This document shows positions 35,393 through 48,021 of a stretch of 64,000 nt of DNA, in pieces. This stretch comes from Anthoceros angustus (Eukaryota; Plantae; Anthocerotophyta). The position numbers and the translations under genes are program-made. How positions within the stretch are numbered: the first letter of the stretch is position 1; the number at the start of each line of letters is the position of its first letter. The stretch is from NCBI GenBank assembly GCA_010909165.1, contig MU008199.1, positions 204,248 to 268,247 of the forward strand, in the 5' to 3' direction. The notes below the pieces were generated by a model, which worked only from the letters and a program-made list of their open reading frames with translations, was not told the DNA's origin and did no database searches.

Positions 35393-38300
35393 ATGGCAGG
35401 AGCTAATCAATCTCTTACTTCTGTCATCCCTGCTCCCTTGAAGATAGAGTTTAGGACGGAGTTTAATGCCGATTCAAGATCGGGTTATGAGACTAACACA
35501 AATATTTGAGGAGCATGAACTGCTTTTCCATCGTGGATGGAGCGGATCTCAAGGTCAGTCACCCAAATTAAAGCGAAATCTAGCTTGGGAGCGGAAGGAT
35601 AGGCGTGCTAGATCTATTCTCATTGCTGCCTTGGATAGGAATATGATGCCCCACACCATAAACGCTAAGACAGCGCATGATGTGTGGAAAGTGTTTGAGT
35701 CCATATACCATGACAAGAGTTCAGCTTCTCTTGTGCATGCTCACAGAGACTTTTACAATCTAAGGATGCGGGAGAATGAGCCCCTGAGGCATCAACAAAT
35801 TTAGAGCGCTCTGGCCTAACCTTGCTTTCGTGGCACCGCTGTAAGTCCAGTGCCACTTGCCTTTTGGCATCCCTGCTAGAATCCTATCAAGACTTCGGGC
35901 GCCGAATGCCACGATTCATCTGCGATTTAGGAGCCATCACTGGACAACAACCTAAGGTCACCCTCGAGGATGCTAATCGGAGCGACAAGGAGCAATTCAC
36001 AAAACGAAGGGCTCTACTTCATCAAACACACGAGTGTTATTTACTTCTCGAGGAAGAGGAGGTTTCCGTGGCAGGGGGAGAGGACGCGGTGCCTATCAAT
36101 CATTCCAGAGGGACACAACTGCTAAGAAGACATTTGCTTGCAACTGGTGCAAGATACCCGGCCACTATGAGCGTGACTGCCGGAAGAAGAAGAATGGAGA
36201 GCCGAAGCGTGACCATCCTCCCGAGAGTAATGTCACCATCAGCAAGGCTAAGCAGCCCTCCATCCTTGCAGTCTGTCTCTCATCTACTCAAGTCCAGTCA
36301 GATACATGGTTCTTAGATTCAGGAGCCACAAGTCACATTTGCTTTCATAGAAATGCTTTCTCCACTTTCACTTCATCGAGTGATTCTAAACAGTTTGTGC
36401 TCCTGGGTGATGACAGTGGACTTTCAATTAAGGGATCGGGCTCAGTCACCATAAGTCTGCCAGATTCTTCCCACCTTACCATTACAGATGTGCTTTATGT
36501 CCCTTCCATGACAAAGAATTTGATGTCAGTTTTAAAGTTGACGCAGAAACATAGATGTCGAGTGAGTTTTGACCATCAAGCATGCCACGTCACTCAACAC
36601 AGGTCTGGTCACACCTTGTTCTCAGGTGCTCCTTACCACGACCTTTACCTGCTTACTGTTAAGACAGTTTTTCCTTTTCCGCAAACTGTCCACTCTACAC
36701 AAGTTTCTTCAACCCAACTCTGGCATTGTCGTCTGGGACATGTTAATTTTCAGCGTCTAGGTTCCCTTCTGCGAGGTGAGTCTTATAGAGAGCCCCTTTC
36801 TTTTTCTTTTGACAAGGATGCTTTCTGCGAGGCATGTCAGCTCAGTAAGGCCCATTCTCTTCCCTTCAAGGATAAGGCCCTTAGCCGTGCTGATGGTTTG
36901 CTACACACTGTGCATAGCGACATTTGTGGCCCCTTGTCCACTGCTTCTTTTGGTGGGGCGAACTATTTTCTCACCTTTATTGACGAATGGAGCCGATATT
37001 GTGTTGTTTACCCCCTTCGACACAAAAGTGAAGCCTTTGATTGTTTCCAGCTGTATCTGGCATTTGCCCAGCGACAAACATCAGCCAAGGTTCGCATTCT
37101 AAGAACTGACAATGGTGGTGAGTACACGAGCACTGCTTTTTCTACATTTTGTCAGGAGCAAGGAATACTTCATCAGTTCACTGTACCTTATACTCCTGAG
37201 CAGAATGCCTTTTCTGAACGTAAGAACAGAACTTTGCAAGAAGCCACTTTGGCTTCACTCTCATTTGCTGGACTTACGCGTGGGTATTGGGCGGCTTTGA
37301 TGGCGCTACCACGCCTGTAATCGCCTACCAAGGAGCTTGGCCTCATCACACCATTTGAACGATGGACAGGCAAGAAGCCTCGTGTCAGCCACCTGCGCAT
37401 ATTTGGGTCCCCGGCATACGCCCTTGTTCCTTCTGCACAGCGTTCCAAACTCGACCCCAAGGCATCGAAACATATATTTGTTGGCTACTCCGAAGAGGTG
37501 AAAGGATACAAACTTTTCAACCCTGCCACTCGCCAACTCATTCTATCCCGCAGTGTAATCTTTCACGAGGCTGTCTTGCTCCGTCGACACTCTATTTCTT
37601 TGTCTTCGGCTGCTTCTTCATCTCCTTCCCTTATCACTGGTGTGGCTGATACTGGTCCTGTTGAGAGTGATGAAGTCAGCTTCTATGATGATGAGGATTC
37701 TCCTTCTTCGGATCAAGGGGCCGCTGCACAACAAGTTGCTGTCCCTGATATTGATCAAGATGACCAGTCCCAAGCATCCGACAGCCATCATGATGAAGAG
37801 ATCTCCTCAGGTATTCTTGAGGTTGAACTAGCTGTTGCTGAAGACCATGTTGATTCTGATCCTGAAGAAGAAGTCATCATTCCTCGTCGCAGCACCCGTA
37901 TCCGCAAACCCATGTCAGAGTGGAAGGAGCCTCCATATACAGCACAAGTAGCTACCTCCCCAGCCTTAGCCCTTAGTGTCTCTACTTCCTTAGGCGAACC
38001 TGCCACTTATAAAGAAGCTTTAGAAGGTCCTGAAGCCCCCTTTTGGAAAGCTGCCATAGATTCTGAATATCATTCTCTCATCAAAAACCAGACTTGGAAA
38101 TTGGTTGATCTCCCTAAAGGTAGAAAGCCTGTAGCATGCAAGTGGGTTTTCAAGAAAAAACTGAACACTGATGGGACTGTAGGCAGATATAAAGCTTGAT
38201 TAGTAGCAAAGGGTTATAGCCAGATTCCTGGTTTAGATTACAACGAGACTTTTGCCCCTGTTGTTAAGTCCACCTCTGTGAGGGTTCTCCTAGCTATAGC

Positions 38301-38791
38301 AGCCCACTATAATTTGCTTGTACATCAACTAGATGTTAAGACAGCTTTTCTGAATGGCTTGCTTGAGGAAGATATCTACATGTGCCAACCTGAGGGTTTT
38401 GTGATTGATGAGGACAAGGTGTGTAAGCTACTCAAGACACTGTATGGTCTGAAACAAGCTTCAAGATCTTGGTATGAGGTATTCCACAAGCTCCTCATTG
38501 AGTTGGGTTTCACCTGCTTGGATGCGGATACAAGTGTGTACATTCTCCGAGATGGAGCAGATTTCCTTATACTCACCGTCTATGTTGACGATAATTTTTT
38601 ATTTAGCAACTCTGCTAGCCTTATGGCCCGTATTAAGCATATCCTCCTCTCGCCTTGAGATTATGATCTTGGTGAATTAAGTTTTTCCTTGGGTGTCCGG
38701 CCCACATCAACCAACTGATGGCACCATAGACATACACCAAGAGCATTTTGTCACCGCTTGGGAACGCTTTTCACATGGTTGATGCTTCTGT
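35393..38791 (+). pseudogene. Copia gag-pol: gag, CCHC knuckle, protease, integrase and N-terminal RT
   Basis: CNWCKIPGHYERDC, WFLDSGATSH, LWHCRLGH, HSDICGP, RTDNGGEY, QNAFSERKNRTL, KWVFKKK, LDVKTAFLNG, LYGLKQASRSW and YVDD. Frameshifts in gag and near 37310; TGA replaces the conserved Arg of YKARLVAKG at 38197-38199. Confidence 0.93.
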
Positions 38792-41085
38792 TGTGGAACG
38801 TAAAGTTTGGGCAATCAGTCCAAACTCGCCAAAGGACGAACAAGTTTGATTTTTCTACTAGAAGCGATTGAGAAGAAACATGCCAAGAAAACTTTTGAGA
38901 ATCTTGAAGTCGGAGTTGTAAAATACCGTTAGAGAAGTGAAAATGATATCCCGTGAAGAAAACGGGTCAAAATGGCTCCAGACGAGGCAGAAGGCAAGAA
39001 GTCGGTGAAATTGGCGGATCACTTAGGGTCGCCACACCACCACGGTAGTGAGAAGGAGCACCACGGTGGTGGCGGACTACCATGGTAGTCGACGAGGTCT
39101 CGCCATAAAGGGAATTAGTATAGGGGATATCCACTATATATGCTCACCAATAGGGAAATATATAAATAGGACTAATTAGAAGGGAACATATTTAGAGGTA
39201 GTAATCGGGCAGGTGTAGGTAATCGAGTAGGATCGTATTTGAACATGATGAACCCAATCTAGGGTTGCGAAGCCTCGTGGTACCACCAAGATATTTGGGT
39301 CCCGATACGCCCTTGTTCCTTCCGCATTGCTCCAAACTCGACCCCAAGGCATCAAACATATATTTGTTGGCTACTCAAGAGGTGAAAGGATACAAACTTT
39401 TCAACCCCGCCACCGCCAACTCATTCTATCCATGATGTAATCTTTCACGAGGTCTTGCTCACGACACTCTATTTCTTTGTCCTACCGCTTCTTCATCTCC
39501 TTCCTTATCACCGGTGTGGGCATCTCCTGGAGAGTGATGAAGTCTTCTATGATGATGAGGATTCTCCTTCTTGGATCAAGGGAAGCCGCACAACAAGTTT
39601 CATTCTCGATATTGATCAAGATGATCACCCCAAGCATCCGACACCCATCATGATGAAGAGATCTCCTCGTATTCTTGAGGTTGAACTAACACAAGACCAT
39701 GTTGATTCCGATCCTCAAGAAGAAGTCATCATTCCTCGCCGCACACCGTATCCGCAAACCCATGTCGAGTGGAAGGAGCCTCCATACAAAGACAAGTAGC
39801 TACCTCACCTTAGCCCTTAGTGTCTCTACTTAGTAACTCGCACTTATAAAGAAGCTTTAGAAGGTCCCAAGCCCCTTTGGAAAGCTGCCATAGATTGAAT
39901 ATCATTCTCTCATCAAAAACCGCATTTGAAATTGGTTGATCTCCTAAAGGTAGAAAGCAGAGCATGCAAGTGGGTTTTCAAGAAAATCAACACCGATGGG
40001 ATCAGAGGCATATAAAGCTTGATTAGTAGCAAAGGGTTATAGCCAGATTCCTAGTTTAGATTACAACGAGACTTTTGCCCTTGTTAAGTCCACCTGTGAG
40101 GGTTCTCCTAGCTATAGCAGCCCACTATAATTTGCTTCAGACATCAACTAGATGTTAAGATGTTTTCTCGAATGGCTTGCTTGAGGAAGATATCTACATG
40201 TGCCAACTGAGGGTTTTGTGATTGATGAGGACAAGGTGTGTAAGCTACTCAAGACATCGATGGTCTAAACAAGCTTCAAGATCTTGGTATGAGGTATTCC
40301 ACAAGCTCCTCATTGAGTTGGTTTCACCGCTTGATGCGGATACAAGTGTGTACATTCTCCGAGATGGAGTGATTTCCTTATACTCACCGCCTATGTTGAC
40401 GAATTTTTATTTAGCAACTCGCTAGCCTTATGGCCCGAGATACATATCCTCCTCTCGGTTTGAGATGACGGACCTTGGTGAATTAAGTTTTTCCTTGGGT
40501 GTCCAGCCCACATCAACCAACTGATGGCACTAGACATACACCAAGAGCATTTTGTCACTTGTCGGAACGCTTTTCACATGGTTGATGCTGTGCTAGGAAC
40601 GTAAAGTTTGGGCAATCAGTCCAAACTGGCCAAAGGACGAACAAGTTTGATTTTTTTCGCTAAGAAACGATTGAGAAGAAACATGCCAAGAAAACTTTTG
40701 AGAATCTTGAAGCTGGAGTTGTAAAATATTGTTAGAGAAGTGAAAAGGATATCCCAGGAAGAAGAACGGGTCAAAATGGACCCTTTGACGAGGTGAAGGC
40801 AGTCGGTAGGTCGGTGTATCACCAGGTCCACACCACGCCAGGTCGAGAAGGAGCAAGACCATCACGTGTCGCGACTACCGCGGTAGGTTGACGAGGTCTC
40901 GGCCATGAAAGGGAATTAGTATAGGGGGATATCCACTATATATGCTCACCAATAGGGAAATATATAAATAGGACTAATTAGAAGGGAACATATTTAGAGG
41001 TAGTAATCGGGGCAGGCAGGTAGGTAATTCAGATAGGATCAGGTATTTGAACATGATGAACTCCATCTAGGGTTGCGAAGCCTCC
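37400..41085. repeat. Tandem duplication (37400-39290 and 39291-41085) spanning the Copia RT and the start of insertion B; probable assembly artefact
   Basis: Collinear copies differ mostly by 1-3-nt deletions and changes at CTG/CAG/CG sites. Confidence 0.85.
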
Positions 41086-41846
41086 AGGTGGCAGACATCC
41101 GAGAAGGGCAAAGTGCAGTTTTGGAAGCTCCAACTTTCTCTTCGAGTTGGGACGTCCACACTCCACGAAGGACTGAAGCTGGAGCGTAAACACAAGAGGA
41201 GAAGGAGAAGCCGCCATCGCCTCACACCTACAACACCCGCAGCGCCGAAGAGCGGAAGGCTACCGGGCGAAAGGAAAACCTGGTGGAGAGTGAGAGAGGT
41301 GGAGGAAGGAGAGAGAAGAAAGCCGAACGTTGTGCGCCACCAAAGGAGGGGAGTCTCCTCAACGCCGCGAGCATTGGAAGGAGACGTCAGAGGCAGAGAG
41401 CGCAAGGTTGGGACGCTTGAAGCGGCGCAAGGTTGAAGAAATTGACGGTTAAAGGGAGGAGAACTGACCACCATCCAGCACCCCCACTCAAGAGAGGAAT
41501 CGCAAGGGAAATTGGCAGCCGTGCGGAGCCATCAAGTCTAACGTGGAATTGTGCCTCGGGGGGGTTTCTTGTGGACTCGAGAAGGCGTTTGAGAGCAAGC
41601 CTCGAGACTGCCAATTCGGAGAGCAATTTCCTTCCTTTGAAGCATTTGGAGAAGAGAAAGGCACCATGCCTCGAGCAGGAAAGGGCAAGGGAAAGGAACC
41701 GCCTGCCAAGGGTTCTTCCTCGAGAGGAGGAAAGGAAGAAGTGAGGTCGCTGCCAGAGGCGAGGTCAAAATGCCCCAATTCACTTGCGGGGCAACTTAAC
41801 CCTGTGGATTTGGTTGATTTTCAGCAAGTAAGAGGATAACATCCAA

Positions 41847-42440
41847 TTGGGATGGGTGTATGGCCAATGGGCCTACACCAATTTGGAGTTGATTGGAGAA
41901 TGTTTCATCAATCTCATCATCGAGGCAGCCCTGCCGCCACCGGAAAGAAATGCTCGGACGGATCCTCGCCGGACCGTAAGGAGCATTCGTGTATGGAAGG
42001 AGGAAGAGAGCTCGAATCTCGCCTCGAGAGGACAATGGAGGAAGAGGATTGCCCTCTCAGATATTCCACAGGAAGTCCTCGACATGATGGACGGAGGGGT
42101 GAAAGCCCACGCCAAAAATGGCTGGAAGACGGATAGCATCAAAGAGCTGAAGTGGAGGCTCTTTGCGAAGATTGTGTTGGGGTTGGTAAACTATCAGCGG
42201 ACCTCTTACTTTGGCACCAACTTCCTACAGTTTTTATGGAAGATTTCAAGGGGAGCCAAGCCAGATTGGGGCACTATCATGTATGAGGCCTACATCCACC
42301 ACCGGGAGAGACTCCTCAAGCCGAATTCGGTGGATGAGGAAGGGCCGAGGCCTTGTTACCTTAGCACCTATTTGGTGCATTTGTGGGAGACCGAGGGGCT
42401 TCTCACAAGCAAGGAGTTGAAGATGCATGGCATCCTTTGA
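41847..42440 (+). CDS. Athila-ORF/plant-transposon-protein-like domain of insertion B
   Basis: NLELIGECFINL...NGWKTD...AKIV...PDWG...YLSTYLVHLW; same motif order as the degraded homologue at 57071-57660. Confidence 0.55.
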   Translation: MGWVYGQWAYTNLELIGECFINLIIEAALPPPERNARTDPRRTVRSIRVWKEEESSNLASRGQWRKRIALSDIPQEVLDMMDGGVKAHAKNGWKTDSIKELKWRLFAKIVLGLVNYQRTSYFGTNFLQFLWKISRGAKPDWGTIMYEAYIHHRERLLKPNSVDEEGPRPCYLSTYLVHLWETEGLLTSKELKMHGIL

Positions 42441-42907
42441 GATAATCCACCTCACCTAACTTGGAAAGGCCCTTGCCTTTTGCACTAAGGAAGACAGTGG
42501 GAGGTCAGACCTCCGCGAGCATGCCAGGGCCAAGGAAGGAAGATGTGGAAGCAACAAAGTTGTTGGAGTGGGAAGATTTTCCGCCACAGGAGCCAAGGAA
42601 GGAACAAGAATTGGCCGAAGAAGGCCGGGTGGTGGTGTATGAGAGGAGAACCACCCCAGGAGTAGTGACAGTCCCGAGGGTGGGGGGAGTCCCCACCATC
42701 TCATTTGTGCCTAGTGAGGCACTGCCTACCTAGGGAGGCACCACCCAAGGGGTGGTATCAGGTAGCCACTACCACGGTAGGTAGGCAACCACCGCAGAGG
42801 AGCACCACAAGAAGGCCGGAGGAAGAGGAGGAGCACCACAAGAAGGTGCAGCGGGAAGGGAAGGAGGGCGCCATGAGGCGAGTGCGCCGCCACCACTACC
42901 CGCACTG

Positions 42908-44103
42908 GTGGGGAGAGCGGATGGAGTGAGGGACCCGCCACGGCGCCCGAAGCACGGAGAGCTGGAAATTTCCAGCAAGAAGGCAGGAGGGGTGGAATTA
43001 GGACCCCTAGGAGAATTGCTGGGTGCTTGTGAAGCACTCAGCCGTGTGGATTTGAAAAAGGCTAGAGAGCTAGCAGCTTCCTTGTGGGCATGCCAAGAGG
43101 AAGCGAAATCTCAAGACATGGCCGGAAGGAAAGCAGGGACTAAGTGGCAGCTGGAAGCCATGGAGTCCGACGAAAAGGCAGCCAAGTTAGAAAAGGCTGT
43201 GGAGAAGCTCCAGCGCGACCTCGTAGAGCAGCGGCGCGCGGAAAAAGCCCTGGAAGGAAAGTTGTCACAAACCGAAGAAAGAGCTATTCGGGCAACAACC
43301 CAAAAGGACTCTTGGAGGCAAAAGGCGGAAGAGCATTTTGCCCAACTGGAGCAAGAAAGGAAGAGCAAGGCTGAGGCACTAGGAAGGAGAAGGTGCAACT
43401 CAAGTGACCGCAGAGCAGTGATGGCTACTCAAGCCATCAAAATCCGGGATATGGGAGAGGAATTGAGAAGGACCCAGATAATTTGGAGGAGGAGCGCTGA
43501 GAGAAGCACAAGACCAGCAATTGCAGAGTCGGAGCGAAAAGAATGCTTGGCAAGCGGAGAGGAGGGCTTGCCAAAGAATTAGCACGAGCGAAGGAGGTCC
43601 CAGAGGAGGAGCACCACAAGAAGGTGGTGCATGTGATGCCGGTGGTGAGGAAGGAAGATTTTGATTATGCCCTTCAAAGTGAACTAGCCAACCAAAAGGG
43701 TGAGGAGGAGAATGTAACCCTCCATATGAAGGTGGGGGAATTAACCACCGCAAGAGATGCCTACAAGGGTAGGTGCGAAGATGGAGAGTGGCCCACGGAG
43801 ATTGATGATCTCCAAATGCAATATCATAGCTTGGGGGCTCACCTCCACAACAGAATTTTGAAGGCCAACAATGAGGTGTTGCGTTTGGCCAAGAGGAGGA
43901 CAATTGGTCCTCATGATGATGATCGTAAGGAGCTGCAACAAGTGCAGCCAGAGGCCTCGGATTTTGATGAGGCGACCAGCGACATGGACTCCGAGGAATC
44001 CGAGGAGTCGGGAGACGGAGGAGCGGCCGTGGCACCAAGGGTGGGAGACGGCGCGGAGAGCAAGGAGGGGGGACCCCCCGCAGGGGTCACCCTACCACGG
44101 TAG
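42908..44103 (+). pseudogene. Coiled-coil continuation of the insertion-B ORF (frameshifted near 43550)
   Basis: E/K/A/Q-rich heptad-like tracts (KAAKLEKAVEKLQRDLVEQRRAEKALEGKLSQTE...) in ORFs 42908-43582 and 43543-44103. Confidence 0.5.
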
Positions 44104-44506
44104 GTGACCACCCTACCACGGTAGTCTGCCAGACTACCGTGGGGATGACCACGCCTGTAGTCCGCCAGACCACCGGTAGGGCAAGGCCCACGGCACAGCT
44201 GTTGAGAGTCAGCCGAGAGGCCCGGTGGAGGAAGGAGGCGGAGGAGGAGCACCACAAGAAGGCCGGGTGGTGGGAGGGAGACAACCCACCTAAGAGAGCA
44301 AGGACGGGTCCGACCACGGAGGAAGGAAGGGTGAGGAATCACCCCGCGAGTAAGGGAGGAACCGGACCCGAGGAGGAGTCCAAAGAAAAGGCCCGAGAGA
44401 TTAGAAGAGGTCGCATGGTGGGCAATGGGGATGAAGGCTCTTTATGTTCTATGATAGGTATGGACAAATCATAAGGCAAAGAGCAATGGAGATCTTGACC
44501 GAAACC

Positions 44507-45660
44507 CTCACCGAGCGGAAGGAAGAAGGAAGGAAGGAGATAGGACCGACTACCATGGTAGGTCACCAGTAGTCCGCCGATCACCGCGTAGGGTGCGATG
44601 AACGGGCGACCAGCGACGGAGGCTGGAGAAGGGCGCCAGGTGCGCGGAGGCGGAGGAGGAGGCGGAGGAAGGCGCCCGCGGAGATGGAGGAAGGGCAAGA
44701 TTGTACTTGCCCCACACATTAGGAAGCGACAAGATCGGGAAGGCAAGAGCAAAAGGAGGGCGAGGGAGCCAATCCACCACTGACATGTCCCACCCAAATA
44801 GGTGAAGACTAGATGGTCAAGACCATAAATGCGCTAGGTAGAAGAATAGGAAGGACGGTGATGTAACGACATCCTTAAGGATGACTTAGGTGAAGTTACT
44901 AGAATAGAATTTACTATGGAATCATAACAGATACTTAGGTGCGGACATTAAATCTTTGGCGGTAGGAAATAATAGAAAATTGGAAAAGGTGACTGCGGTA
45001 GGGTCACCCAAGGGAGGTTGTATGTGGAAGGCCTCCTATAAGAGGAGGAGGATTTCACAAAGTAAAGTATCATGTCTTGCGCCCACCTCACCGAGAAGGA
45101 AGGAGAAGGAAGGAAGGAGATAGGACCGACTACCATGGTAGGTCACCAGTAGTCCGCCGATCACCGCGTAGGGTGCGATGAACGGGCGACCAGCGACGGA
45201 GGCTGGAGAAAGGCGCCAGGTGCGCGGAGGCGGAGGAGGAGGCGGAGGAAGGCGCCCGCGGAGATGGAGGAAGGGCAAGATTGTACTTGCCCCACACATT
45301 AGGAAGCGGACAAAGGCTGGGAAGGGCAAGAGCAAAAGGAGGGCGAGGGAGCCAATCCACCACGACGTCACCAAAGAGGTGAAGACTAGATGGTCAAGAC
45401 CATAAATGCTAGGTAGAAGAATAGGAAGGACGGTGATGTAACGACATCCTTAAGGATGACTTAGGTGAAGTTACTAGAATAGAATTTACCAAGGAATGCA
45501 TAATAGATTTAGGTAATATTAAATGTCAAGTGTAGGAAATAATAGAATATTGGAAAAGGTGACCGCAGAGGGTCACCCAAGGGAGGTATGTGGAAGGCCT
45601 CCTATAAGAGGAGGAGGATTTCACAAAGTAAAGTATCATGTCTTGCGCCCACCTCACCGA
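44507..45660. repeat. About 580-bp tandem duplication within insertion B
   Basis: TAGGACCGAC at 44541 and 45121; both copies end in ...CCCACCTCACCGAG (45094 and 45660). Confidence 0.85.
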
Positions 45661-46444
45661 GTCCTTTGCCATTACAGAGGAATTTCGTTACCGTGAGCCA
45701 ACGCAGTCAGTCTAGAGGAAGTCGCGGTGGTCGGAGTGCTTGGTGGAGGACTTGCTCCTGCAAGTGCCTAAACGAGTTGCTCCCTTGTGAATGGTTGTTG
45801 TGAAATTGCTTTGCTTTGGGTGTGGCGATGCTGGAACACTCTTGGAGACCAGGCCAGTGGAAAGACTCCCTCGTGGCCGAGTGGTGTCAAACTCAAAGAA
45901 CTGCCCAAGGAAGAACTTGGTGGAGGCCGACCCTGCCAGCTGTAAGGGCGAGTCAAACCAAGAAGCCCGAATCGAGGTTAGAATAGGAGGAAGAGGATGA
46001 GGAGATGAGAAGATGAGTAGAGGATTAGAGGTGTAGGTGTTAGTGGAAGGCCACAGGCGAGCCTAAGGGACGAATCCCAACTGCAAGTAAAAGAGCGCCC
46101 CGAGTGGAGAAGAGTGGTCTTAGAAGTAGGGACGAAATCGCGGTGTGGATCGGGGGTCCACAGGCGCCCGTGATAGGCTCGCCGAGGTGGACCGCAATTG
46201 TTTTGTGTCGCTGTAGGTCGAGGATTGGCGATTTTTCAAGCAGGCAAGTGGTGCACTGAAGAGGGAGAGTAGAGGCGCCTTGCTTGTTTAGAAGGTCGAG
46301 AAGTTGTGTCTCGCAGTAGCGACGGACATCACAAGGCCTCGAACTTTCACACAAGTCTCATGGGGCCGAAACCCAACGCACGGTGGACAGTGTGGCCGCT
46401 ATAGTGGGAGGACCTCGGGAGTGCCCCGGGTTTTCCCTACCACA

Positions 46445-47206
46445 CCTGTTGCCACTCCCATGGCACTTGGCGAGAAGCTCTCTTTGGAGCAATGCCCTAC
46501 CACTGATGATGAGAAGCTGGCTATGAGCAAGGTACCCTACCGACAGGCAGTTGGGTCCTTAATCTACCTTTCTGGGTGGACCAGAATGGACATTACTCGA
46601 GCAAGCCATGAGCTTGAGCCGCCTCGAGAATTCAGTCACTAATGACAGTGAAACGGATTTTTCGAGCACCGAAAGGTACGTGAAAGGTCTACGTTTGGAA
46701 GGTCTAAGGATGGTTTAGCTCTCATCTATTGCGATGCGGATTGGGCGGATCCGACACCGTGAAGTGTAGCAAGATATTGTACTTTTATGGGCAACTCAGT
46801 GCCCCATGGAGCAAAGAAAAAATTATCTACCATCCGCTTATCTTCCACGAGGCCGAGTATCGCTAACACTCATGCTGCGAAGGAGATCATCTGGATACGA
46901 AGTTTTCTTAAAGGACTTGGCCAGCTACAACCTGGACCCACACCACTCTGGGGTGATAATCAATCTGCCATCGCACTTACTAGGAATCCTGTATTTCATG
47001 CTCGTTCTAAACACATTGAGATTAGTCATCATTTCATACGCCAGGCAGCTGAACAAGGCGAGGTAATTGTATCATATGTCCCGACAGAGGACAATGTTTC
47101 TGATCTACTTACCAAAGCACTCTCAAAACCTGTTCACGAAAAACACACTTTAGCTGCTGGCATTTGTCTCATTCCTGATGTTTCTACTAAGGGTTCTGCA
47201 CACTAG
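46445..47206 (+). pseudogene. Copia RT C-terminus and RNase H
   Basis: PVATPM, VPYRQAVGSLIYL, IYCDADWA, GDNQSAI, FHARSKHIEISHHFIR and VSDLLTKAL; stop at 47204-47206. Confidence 0.92.
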
Positions 47207-47221
47207 CTAGGCTTGCTGGTT

Positions 47222-48021
47222 CTAATCCTCCAGTGGGAGTTTGCCTTGTGACTTCAGCAGCTTCACCAGGTCTTCACGCGCCTTGTCCGATTTTGCAAAC
47301 TCTTCTCTGAGAGCTGTTCACCCACAGGAGTGTTAGCAACCACCCTAGCAGGCAAGGCAGGCCTTAGACACAGTATTTCAAGTTAGCTACTTACAGCCAT
47401 AATCGACAAGAACTCCTGATTCTGTCATATGAGATGCAGGCTTGTACTTCCCCTTTGTTGCCTTCGTTTTCTCCTTCTGCACTTCCTTGCCAGTCTTCAC
47501 TCCCCACTCTCTTTCCATGTATGTTTCGGCTGCCGTAATCCAAAGGGCAAAGGCACCTTCATGCAAGCCAGCCTCCTTCGCAAGCAGCGAGAGAGGCCTC
47601 CTACTCCCTTCTCGCCTTCTTGTTCAGTCCCCTTGCAGACCATCTTGTTGAACTCCACACTAGAAGCAGCGAACACCTGGCGAGGAGTGCCCTTGTCATC
47701 GAAGTTCTGGAAGCGTCTAGCAGTTTTGGCTTTGGAGCTCTCTGCTGGCAATGGAGCTCCAGTGGGAGCATTGAAGGACACTAAGCTCGAATCCAGACAG
47801 AACATGTTGTGAAGGAAGGACTGGCGTTCCGAGAATTTCCTCACCGGAATCCAGGATCTCTCACAGCTCATGCACCTGAGACCCTGGACATGATCAGTCA
47901 TGCTGAAGACACGGAGACTCTGGTGGCAGCAGCTAGAGGGACGCGACCGAGAGAGGAAGATGGCGAGGATGGTCACTGAGAACAAGAGGAGGAGTAACTC
48001 AGTGATGCTTAGTGTTGCCAT
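47222..48021 (-). CDS. Antisense, apparently spliced extra gene in the Copia 3' region
   Basis: ATG at 48021 (MATLSITELLLLLF...) lies in a 235-codon open frame, with one frameshift near 47630. An 81-nt intron at 47314-47394 (GTAAGT...GCTAAC...CAG) joins ...VLVDYG|SLREEFAKSDKAREDLVKLLKSQGKLPLED*. The stop lies 15 bp from the pol stop. Confidence 0.55.

Larger units (their letters stand above)
38792..46444. mobile_element. Nested insertion B: TGTGG...CCACA unit of about 5 kb net, without paired LTRs, gag or pol (solo-LTR-like)
   Basis: The Copia RT reads HMVDAS before it and PVATPM after it. Flanks are TCTGT (38787-38791) and CCTGT (46445-46449), a near-match 5-bp TSD. The termini are inverted (TGTGG/CCACA). 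Confidence 0.8.

Noticed and set aside
39291-40590. A second independent Copia RT
   Set aside because: It is collinear with 37400-38790, shares the same TGA and the same junction into B, and differs mainly by deletions; it is a duplication or assembly artefact.
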